From a virus (lineage: Duplodnaviria; Caudoviricetes): a DNA stretch of 28,842 nt. Under the pieces are notes generated by a model, which worked only from the letters and a program-made list of their open reading frames with translations, was not told the DNA's origin and made no database searches. Positions 7,397-17,800 of the stretch are shown here, piece by piece. The first letter of the stretch is position 1, and each line of letters begins with the position of its first letter. A program made the translations under genes and the position numbers. The DNA lies in the IMG/VR virus record IMGVR_UViG_3300011417_000318, positions 1 through 28,842 of that record. The stretch is one strand, 5' to 3'.

Positions 7397-7481
7397 AAAC
7401 AGGAGCAGTACCAACGCGATTGACATCTTTGGTATCCGGAGGTCTTATTCAGTGCTGTTTATTCCTTCGGCCTGTTTTTTT
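7397..7481 (+). ncRNA. Candidate structured non-coding element, copy 2 (three-stem junction ending in a T run)
   Basis: P1 AAACAGG(7397-7403)/CCTGTTT(7471-77); P2 GTACCAA(7408-14)/TTGGTAT(7429-35); P3 CCGGAGG(7436-42)/CCTTCGG(7464-70). The G-U pairs work only on the + strand. Confidence 0.55.
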
Positions 7482-7509
7482 AACATTTGATAACAAACAA
7501 AATTAACCT

Positions 7510-7725
7510 ATGCCAACCACAACTCCGGAAGAAACAGCAGCATGCTTAATAGCAGAAAACTTTTCTATTGAACAGTATGAACATATACAGGAAATCAGAA
7601 GAGCCAGATTGAAAACTTTTGAAGGCACAGGAGTACCAGCTTTAATTAAAGCTGCTCAGGAACTGGTTGACTTTGGTGAAAAAGTATTAAAACTTATGCG
7701 AGAAGCAAATGATATTAAAACTTAA
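7510..7725 (+). CDS. Hypothetical protein
   Basis: 71 aa; A-rich leader. Confidence 0.75.
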   Translation: MPTTTPEETAACLIAENFSIEQYEHIQEIRRARLKTFEGTGVPALIKAAQELVDFGEKVLKLMREANDIKT

Positions 7726-7733
7726 CAACTAAC

Positions 7734-8000
7734 ATGAAAAGATTAACACCTGAACAAAAATTTCAGAAAGTCATCGTAGTAGATGAAGAAACTGGAATGC
7801 CTATGGTCTGGGAAGATGGCCAATTTGTTTTTGCTACACCTATAAGCACTACAAGCGTAAAGTGCAACGGTCCTGCAGTAGTACTCTTCACCAGGTATGA
7901 TGCTTTGTTCTTAATAAGATCTAACAATCAAACCAGAAAAAAAGCAGGGCTAAGTCAAAATGGGTTTAAGCTTGTACTTGCCCGCAATGGAAAAGGTTAA
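7734..8000 (+). CDS. Hypothetical protein
   Basis: 88 aa; A-rich leader. Confidence 0.75.
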   Translation: MKRLTPEQKFQKVIVVDEETGMPMVWEDGQFVFATPISTTSVKCNGPAVVLFTRYDALFLIRSNNQTRKKAGLSQNGFKLVLARNGKG

Positions 8001-8017
8001 CACTAAAACTTACAACT

Positions 8018-8464
8018 ATGGGTTTCGAAGCAGGAATATCTTACATTAAAACCATTACGATGGTAACAGAGATTTGTTGCAACTGCGGTATTGCTTTTGG
8101 AATTCCCAGTGATTTCCGGGATCAATGCAAAGAAGATGAGAAGAAATATTTTTACTGTCCCAATGGCCATGGGCAGCATTACAGTGAAACAGAATCTCAC
8201 AGGCTTAAAAAATTACTTGAAAAAGAACGCCAGGAAGCTGAGCGCAGAATTCAGGTACAAATAGATGCCAGAAAAATAGTAGAAGGTCAACTAAAGCGCT
8301 TGCATAAAGGCGTATGTCCCTGCTGCAACAGAAGCTTCCCGAATTTAGCAGCTCATCTTAAAACTAAACATCCTGAGCTAGTTGGCAAAGCCAAAGAAGT
8401 TTCAGCACTAAATAAAAAAATTACAGCAAAACAAACAGCAGATGGAAGCAACAGTAAAAAATGA
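8018..8464 (+). CDS. Double zinc-finger / coiled-coil protein with a C2H2-like finger
   Basis: CCNC...FYCPNGH, then a coiled coil, then CPCCNRSFPNLAAHLKTKH (C-x2-C-x9-H-x4-H). Confidence 0.8.
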   Translation: MGFEAGISYIKTITMVTEICCNCGIAFGIPSDFRDQCKEDEKKYFYCPNGHGQHYSETESHRLKKLLEKERQEAERRIQVQIDARKIVEGQLKRLHKGVCPCCNRSFPNLAAHLKTKHPELVGKAKEVSALNKKITAKQTADGSNSKK

Positions 8465-8816
8465 TTATGGTACTGTAACAGTTGGTGCAGGTAAGCCAGA
8501 TCAACGGGAAATTAAAATTGTTAATTATGTTCGAAGTATTTTCAAAGATAACCGGTTTGTAAGCTGTGCAAAGTTAGAAGATGGTAGCTATTGCCTTACA
8601 GTAGAAAATCTGGCTTCTTCTGGGCGTAATACCCAGAATTCTATATGGCTTTCTGAAGAGTCTTTTGTTGGGTTTATAACCAACTTTCATTTGTATTTAG
8701 TAATAACCGGAATGGATTTAACACAGCTTGCAAAAGAAGCTTTAGACTCCGGCATAATACGCTACAACTGCTCAGATAACTTAACACCTTTAGCTACTGA
8801 TTCTACTGATCTTTAA
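8442..8816 (+). CDS. Hypothetical protein, last gene of the + strand array
   Basis: 124 aa; its 3' end overlaps the giant - strand ORF by 14 nt. Confidence 0.7.
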   Translation: MEATVKNDYGTVTVGAGKPDQREIKIVNYVRSIFKDNRFVSCAKLEDGSYCLTVENLASSGRNTQNSIWLSEESFVGFITNFHLYLVITGMDLTQLAKEALDSGIIRYNCSDNLTPLATDSTDL

Positions 8817-11800
8817 TTTCCTGTTCAGTCATATTCCAGAAGCTCTGCCATGCTTTAGTTCCAGGGAACATCTTCTGGAATGACCTGAACCACTTAGAAT
8901 CTCCTGCATATATACCTGTTGGTATTTCATCACTGGCAGGATCTACAATTAAACCAGCACTATGTTTAATAAAATTCATACTGTCTGATACCAATCCTAA
9001 TGCCGGCATAGGATCTTGCAGAATTGTCATGGTGGTTACAGGATTTGAATAAAATCCAAGATCTTGCTGAAGTCTATGCATTACATTTAAGCTATACATC
9101 AAGACACGCTTATCTTCATCGTCTTCATCGCCTTTTAGCATATACGCCAACGCCATCATGGCGCCAGTAACATATAGCATAAAGCTGATCTCTGCCATGT
9201 TACGCCTAAGGTTAATAGCATCTACTTCATTAAAGCGCTCATCCAGGGTCACACCACCATAAATTGCTCCAAAACTGAGTTTCTTGATTAAGTACTTTGT
9301 AGTCCAGGCCAGCTCTTCAAAAGCACTGGTGTTTTTAAAGCCTTCTTTAAAGCGGCTATCATCCCTGAACTTGTTGCCCAGGTAAGATCCTAATAAGAAT
9401 CCTGCAGCAGTTCCTATTCCAGGAAGTATGGCTGTACCTAAAGCAGCTGCACCCAGACCCATGCTGGATCCTTGATAAGATAAGTACCGGCCTTTGCGCT
9501 TAAAATCATCGACAAACTCCTCAGATTCACCTTCGAAACGCACTCTGAAGCCTTCAAACATCCAACCCCGGAATACAGCCAGCAGCTTGCCCAGACTTTT
9601 TTGCTTTAAAGCAATCTCAAAGCTCTTGGCATAGTTACCATGGTTGTTTCTAATCACTTTATCTACTTTGGCTTTGAAAAAAGCTCTGTCTTTGCTCTTA
9701 AAAGGCGAATCCTGGGCATTTATATCTCCAAAACGCTTGCTGTCCCACTCTCCGGTTTCTCCAAAAGCTTCCCACAGGTTAGAATCTTTGCCTTCCAGAT
9801 CTTTAATTTTAGTATGCAGCATCATGGCTACCAGTACCGTGCTCTGGTTCAGGTATTCTGTAGTTTTATACACCTGTCCCCAGTGTGCATTACCCAGGAA
9901 ATTATCTGTAGGTGTTTCATTTCTGAATTGCTCTTTGGTAACAGACTTTAAAATATCCCATCTGGTCATCAGTTGGTTAATCTTCCGGGTAGTTTGATTA
10001 GCATACAGGCTTCCAGACAAAGCTCTGACGGTACCATTTAAAGCAATCCCCATAGCCTGGCGCATTTCTTTTTCATTATACCACCTTCCACCAGAAGCTT
10101 CTACAAAGTTGCTCATAGTGCCTACAAATACGTTGGTTAAGCCCCCAAACACGTTCCAGCCCAGCCCTTTTACAATTAAGGCCTGAATTAGGGTATTGGT
10201 AGCTCCTGTGCCAGTGATATATTGTCCCAGCGCTGCTATCTGAGTTGTTATTTCTTCTACAGCAGCTGCAGTCCGGGCCCGCTTAGCATCTATTTCTGTG
10301 ACTTGTTTACTACGCTCTTCAGCTTGCTCAGCAGATAAACCTTCTGTAGTGGATTTTAAGTTTTCCAGTTCTGCTTCATAGCTGGTAAGATCTGCCTGAT
10401 GCTTGGTTAACTCTGCTCTAAGATCTTCTACCCTGACATTTTCCTTTTTAGTATACAGCTTGGTTTTAGTTTGTAGTTCTACAGGTTTCTTAACACCAAA
10501 AAAGTGATTGACATAGTTGTTAAGCATGCGAATATGATTCTCCTGGCTGAGCTTCTGATGCTCTGGCTGAGATTGTCCTTCTGGCATTTGGCGCTCTATA
10601 GGCTCTCCCGCGGAATTCTCCAGATTTTCTTTTACAGAGCTGATAAAAGTTTCTTCTGCAAGCCGGATAGGATCCTCTATTTTGGCTTTATGCCGGTAAA
10701 TGGTTAAAGCTTGTGAAAATAAAGCTAATAAATGCGGCAGATCCAGACTGCTTTCTTTTTGAACTTCTTCAGATGCAGCTTTCTTGAACTGTAATAATTT
10801 TTGTTGATCTGCAGGTTTGGTAACATCCAAACTTGTATTGAATTCACGCTCATAATCCCGAACTTTTTGAGCATACAAAACCTCAATATCATTAGCTAAG
10901 GACTTAACACGAATATCAAGGCTTCTGTTGTTAACATTTACACCATAAAGATATTCTCCTTGTTCTTTACTGGTAAGTCCCATTTTTAACTTATCTGCAA
11001 GACTTACAGCGGCAGCAACCAGGCCTTCTGTTTTAAGTGTTTCTACCAATTCTTTTTCAACAGTAGGTACACTGTTAGCTGCAAACTCCCGCTGCTGATC
11101 TGCAGGAATATAACTTCTAAGTTTTTTTAATAAATCTAAAATATATTTATGCAAAGCTGCTACATCAGCATCCTGTTGTAGTTTTAAATACTGCTCACTG
11201 TATTGGCTTTGTCCAGCAGCATTAGTTGCTTTAGGTATACTAAAAGCATACCTCCAGGAGTAAACAGAAATAGCTGAAGTAATTTTTTTGTTTTTGGGAT
11301 TAGTCATGTACTCCCAGTAATCAACAACATTATTATTGCTGTGCCATTTCTTCATAGCATTTTTAACATGTTCCGGATCTTCTGGGTATTTAGCCTCATA
11401 ATATTCCTGCTGATTTTCAGCATCCATTAGATAGCGCTGATAAGCTTCTTCTGCTTCTTTCAGTGTTTCATTGTATTTAATCTCCCCCATTGTTTTCTTT
11501 AACTCAGCCTCGAGCTTGCCAGCATCTTCAGCATGCATCTCTTCAAAGCCTGGGAGTTTTACCAGTTTTCGCAAATCAAAAAACAGCTCGTTTTCCTGCC
11601 GGAATTTATCCAAAGCTCTTCTGGCATTACTCCGGGCTTTCCTGTTAGTTGCAGTGGTAACAGCAGACCTGAGCGCATCTTTTTGCGCAACAAATGCTGC
11701 TGAGTAAGCTCTTACCAGCTTACCGGTAAAGATTCCATCATCATCTACTTCAAAAAAGTTTTTATAGTTTTTACCAGTAAGGTTTTCTTTGTTGGCAGTT

Positions 11801-14800
11801 TTGGCAAATAAGGTTTTGATTTCCTGCTGTATACCAAAAAACTCTTCGACTTGCTCTGCTTCTGAGATCTGTACAGCCTGGGCTACAGCTTGTGTCAAAG
11901 GATGGTTAGAATTATCCAGACCTAATGTAAAAGAAGCTAATGGACCAATATCTTTCATGGCACTGTAAAATGCTTCTTCAGAAATATCACGTTTTAAATA
12001 ATCTTTGCTCCAGTTGTAAATCCTGTTTTGTTGCAATGCTAACAACTTTCTGTCATTGGTCTTGGCTGCAGCAATAACATCTTTAAATAAACTTTGGGAT
12101 ATTAAGGATTTCTGATCTGCTTTATCCAGGAAATTCTCATCATAGTTTAGCCATAGATTTAATCTGGTGCGTAAAATATGAAAATCTCTCATGTCAAGAT
12201 CACCAGGATGTAACAGCTGATCTGCTATAGCTTTCATGTCTGCTTCTCCAACAGCAACAATACTTTCTGTTTTGGTAAGCTTTGCAATTTTGTCCCACTC
12301 AGCTTCTGCAGCTTCACGATTTTCTTTAACCTTGGCAATACGCTTACGCAGGTTTTTAATATCTTCTTTTGTTTTAGTTTTTTCAGAATCCCGAAGATCT
12401 GCCCTGAGGCTGGCTTCATGTTTACTTAACTGCCGGATAGTAAATTCTCTGTCTGCAAGCAACCTGGAAATTTTTAAGGTTACTTTAGATGTCTTGCCGG
12501 TTTTCTTAGTACGCTGCCTTGGCTTTTTGATTGTTGAACCTGCTTCCGGGGCTGCAGCTATGCTACCTGAAATATTAGGCAAGCTTTCAAACAAAGCATC
12601 ATTGTCTAATAAATTAGCAATATCATCTGACATCAGCTGAGCACCACCAAAACCTATCTGTGGAGGAGGATTTTCCTTAAGATGCTCTTCAATTTTCTGT
12701 AATCTATCTGCAGTAGTTTTATCATACAACTCCTGCCGGGCTTCAAGTTCAGCAGGTGATTGAATTTGCTCAGCAGATTGTACATCAAGCTCCGGATTAA
12801 CTTCAGTTGTAATGCTACCGGTTAAGTTTGTTTTAACAACAGGTATTACAGGTTCAGTGTAAGTTTCTATTGGGATCTTTAAAGTATCGCTATTAGCAAA
12901 GTTTACATTGCCTTCTTCTGCTAAGAATATTATATCTTTTACAGCATTAGCAGAAGTACTGCCTTGCTTTAAACCCATAGCGCCCATTAACAACTCAAAA
13001 ATATCCAGGATCCTTTCCCAGAAAGTTTTTGGAGAAGCTACATCAGTAGAATACTGCATGTTTTGTAAACGCTGCCTGAGGTTAGGCCTGAGCATAATAC
13101 CAGAAAGAAATTCTGCTAAGTTTTTACCCGGATAGATATAATCCAGCGCTTCCTGACTTTCTTCTAGGGTTAAGCTTTTAGGATCTGCTTTAATTTTTGC
13201 CAGTAATGCTTGTGCAGTAGCATTATGTATATACTTAGCTTCGTATTCTTTAAATAGCTTGTTAAGATTTTTATACGCTCTACGTTGGGAAGGCATAAGC
13301 TTACCTGCAACACCTTCAGGGTGCTGACCCTCTAAGTGCTCACCTTGCAGAATAGCAAGTTTGGTAACAGCATGCACCAGTTCATGTAATACAGTATGCT
13401 CAAAGTCTGATTTACCATTATCAGAATCTACCATGTATGGATTTATCCAGATCTGGATATGCCCTGTCTTAGGACTAACCCTGGCCATACCTTTTTTATT
13501 ATCTGGCAGATTCTCAAACCTGACATTAACATGAAAAGGATGTCTTGGTAAAGTCAACATGTTCTGCAACCACTTTGCAGTTAATTTATAAGCTGGCAAA
13601 GCAGAATTAGAGAAAATCTGCTCCAGCATATTATCAGTTTGCGCAGTAGTTAAATTGTAAGTTGCTTTCTTTACCCCGTAACCAGCCAGGATATTATCAA
13701 TGTTATTAGCTCTGTCTTTGTTGTAAGCCTGGTTGTAACCAGCACTTCTGTTTTTAGCAGGAAGATTTTGCCGGCCAATAAAAGCAGCAGGCACAGTTAA
13801 TGCATGTGGATTGTTTTCCGATATGATACTGGTAGCATGAGCCACATTGGCATTATACTCATGAGAATTACTAGTTGCAGAATTTAGTAACGTGCTTATT
13901 CTACTGTATTGTTTTAAGTCTTTATCTGTTAATTGAAACAGCAGGATCTTCTTGCCAACTTTTAAATGATAAAAAGTAGCCAACTCTTCATCTGCAGTAT
14001 CAGCTTTTAATGTAAACTGTTTAATGTTTTCTGGTTTTGTAGCTGCAGCTGCTTGAGCATCTTCCGGAGTTATACCTTGTTTGATTTCTTCTTCAGTGAT
14101 TTCAGAATGTCCGTAAATAGTAAATTCATCTTCAATATCCTGGTTAAGATCTATTTCCGGTGTTAAACCAGGCTGATGTTGGAAATACTGCACTGTAGAT
14201 CTGAAAGGCTCATCTACACCATTTTGATGTAGCCTGGTCCAGTCATATTGATGTAATTTTTCTGCATAACCTGCCTGTACTAATAATTCTGTAGGCATGT
14301 ACTGCATAAGATTTAGCTGCATGGCAGAAGTCATACTTACATTAGCTGCCAGCATCAGGTGCTCTATAAAAGTTCTGGAAGTGTATTTAATGCCATTAAA
14401 CACTCCAAAGTCTACAGGATATTTTATCAGATTATATACCTCGTTATAAATATCCCTATTGCTAGTTTCATCATCAGCAACTTGCCGGAACATAATAACC
14501 TTTGGCATCCGCTTATCAGGAGTAGCTTTTACATACAAACTGTTTAAAAACATACTTTCTCTGAAAAGCTTTTGAGTAGCTGGATTGTTCTTGACTTCAA
14601 ACATGATAGTTGCCAGACTAGCATGATTAATTTTATCACCTTCTTCGCTTTGCTCACTGTAATCGTGCAGCAATAACTTTCTTGCTTCGGCAGGATCTAT
14701 AGGTGATACTACATTATCAGTAAATACAAATCCTTTAAGCTCTCTGAAAATTTTCTTGTATTGCTCAGCCTTGGAAAAAATAGTGCTGGCACCCCCTCTC

Positions 14801-17800
14801 ATCTTGGCACTTACCTGGCCTATGGCATCGTATACTTCAAACTTGGCATAAGGAAAATGATCCTGCCAGATCTTGTTATTAGTAATTACCCCATATGCGT
14901 AAGCAAAACCTGGTATACTAGAAGGCTTAAAATAATAATCTTTGCCTTTTACATAACCCTGATCTAGTAAATCTTTAGCTCCTACTGGATCATTTTCATA
15001 AGCTACAGCAGGTTTAAAATCACCAAAAAGCTTACTTGCATTTTCAATATCCAGTGCACGCTCTTTGCCTAAGCTTTCAATATCTTCCTGTTGCAGCAAG
15101 CTCTGAAACATATTGGCGCCTATGCCCTTAGAGTCTATATTGGATAAGCCTTGCAGTTGCCTGAGATTACTAGCATGTTTTCTGGACATGCTTTGAAACT
15201 TTCTTAACAAGGCAAACTGCGCTTCTTTATAACCCGAGGCTTTTTCGCCTAATGCGATATAGCTAAACAGCTCTTCAGCGCCCATGTTATAAAAATTCCA
15301 GAAACGTTCTGCTACAGGATTCCGGGTATCTGCAGAATGTGTGTAAGCTTCTTCATCCCATTCCGGATTACTACCTTCTTTTACTGCTGTTCCTGTAAAA
15401 GGTAAACCTTTAGGAACAGCTTTATTTTCCTTACTGGCAGGTTCTTTACCTGCATTTTTAAACACCTCATCTTCAAAAGCAAACTGTTTTTGGGAAGTAA
15501 CAATAGCAAATGCTTTCTTATGATTACCATTGGCAATAGCCAGTTGCTTGGTATATTCTTGTAAGATATCCTGGTTAATAAAATTCGAAATGGTTCTTAA
15601 TTCAAAACCAGCTTGTAGCAAGAAATTAACTACAGAGATATTTTGCATATTAACACCAAGTCTGCCCAGGATAGGCTCATTGCCGTTATCCAGGGCTGCA
15701 GAAAGCATTGCTGCAATGTTGGTAGATTTATACTTGCCGGATTTAGTTTTAGGCTGGCTTAAATTACCATCAAAAACTTCCTGATCTTCATCACCATCTC
15801 TGCCAAATTTAATCTTGGTATACTTATGCGCTTCACCAGGTTTTAAACTCCATGCACTTACCATTTTCAATCCACCTTCTACAGTTTGTGCTAAAGCATT
15901 AAAGGTATTCTGTACAGCAAAAGCACCAATAGCAGTACCCGCTACTACAGAAGCCTGGTATTTAAAGCTTTGGTAATTACCTGAAGCTGGAGATAAATCA
16001 TAAGGTGAGATCTTGCCTCCGGTTTTAGCCTCATCTAAACTTCTTGCTTTTTTAGCCGCATCAAAATCAGCAGCGATGTCACCTAAATCTTCTGTAGTTA
16101 AAGGTCTATTGATCAGCTCCTGTACTTTAGGATCTGGGTTTGTATTTATAGCCAGGTAAATATCTAACAGCTTGTTTTGATGTTCATCCCTGTCTGATTT
16201 TTCATTGGTTGCATTTTCCGGTATATCATAGCGTTGAAGTCTACCATCATTTTGTACCCTGGAATGATACATGTAAGTATATAACTTATCAATATCAAAG
16301 TCAGATCCCATTTGTTTAGTGAAATCTGCAGGAGCTACCAGTAAATCTCCAGCACTGGGAGGGAAAAATCCTACAACTTCTATTGCTGCTGTAGAATTAG
16401 GACCTTGATTTGGTATCCGCATACCAAATACTTTTAGCAGTTCTTTATCAAACATTAACGGATTAAGCTTGCCGTTAACCATATACTTCTTCAGATCCTC
16501 TTTATACTTCCAGGGCAAGATCACCTGGTTCCAGCCATTATTTAATAAAGCTGGCTTTAATCCTGTAGCAGGATCAAACTTATCTGTAAATACAATCTGG
16601 CCTTGCAATTTTTTACTAAGCTGCTTAACATCTGTAAGCACGCCTTTCTTGAGCTTTTTACCGGTAGCATCTGTAGCCTCCTCACTTTCACGGAACTTAT
16701 AGCCACCTTCAGGACCTAATACAAAGCCATAGCCATTAAACTTTTGCTTTAAGATTTTATTTGATATAATACTATTCAAAAAACTTTCAAGTTTACCAGA
16801 CTGCGCTGCAGCCCATATCGGCATTTTAAATCTCCATTGTGGTTCTACACCTTCTGGCAAGGGTATAACATTGCCGTTTTTATCAGTTTCCTCTTTTGGA
16901 AACCGAGTTATTTCCAACGCATCCAGATCATGTGCAGGATATCCTCTGGCAACTAATTCATCCTGAATTACATCATTAAGCTTTTTATAATCCAAACTTA
17001 CTTTGCCATTTTCATCTGTTGTAATACCTAATTTTTTAACCAGCTCATCATAACTGGATTTATACAAGTATTCAAAATGCTGATTGTATTTTTTATTTAG
17101 TTCCTGTCCTGTGTAAGGTTTTTCAACACCAGGTAATCTAAATCCTTTGACATCTAAGATGTTTACAAAAGCTTGTTTGCTTACCTGAGATACCCGGGTG
17201 ATTTCAGTATTTTCTTTATACGGTGTTTCTTGCTGCAGCCTTAAGTACTTTCTTGGCACTACAATAACATCAGAAGGATCTAGTACAGCTTTTTGGTTAA
17301 AATTACCTTTAGCATCAAATAGCTCTAAAGCTTTTACAGGAGCACCAAGCTTAACTGCAGAACTCATTGCCATCCTGTCAATAGGATTATCAGGATTAGA
17401 CATAAAAGCCATGAGCTGCTCTAACTCTGTACCTTTGACAAGTTCAGGTATTAAGGTAAAAGCTGCAGACTTTACAAAAAGTTTAGCTTCTACATTTTTG
17501 TCATACCTGGTGCCTACCATAATAGGCTTATCTACCTGGAAGATTAACTGTAACTGGTTATAATCCAGGTAATGTTCACTGGGATCTTTACCTGCTTTAA
17601 TAGCTGTAATAGATTTTTTGTATTTTTTCTCTATAACATCTAGTTCATCTAATTGTTCCGGAGTAAGCTTAGCATGTTCCCTCATGAATCTGAGCTTTTC
17701 CGGCAACGTGATAAATTCTGCACCATCAGTAGAAGTTAATTTTGCATACTGGGCTGCAGCCTCAGGATCATCTTTGAAAAGTTTTTGATAGGCTGCAAGT

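Noticed and set aside
7385-7483. ATG-initiated frame with an internal TGA (MKTNKQEQYQRD*HLWYPEV...)
   Set aside because: Only 12 codons in the standard code, and TGA is a stop elsewhere. The region is better explained by RNA structure, though a leader peptide cannot be excluded.
167-8200. Short - strand and nested ORFs in the + strand array (e.g. 167..520, 2178..2423, 3156..3353, 5284..5487)
   Set aside because: They overlap better-supported, translationally coupled + strand genes.
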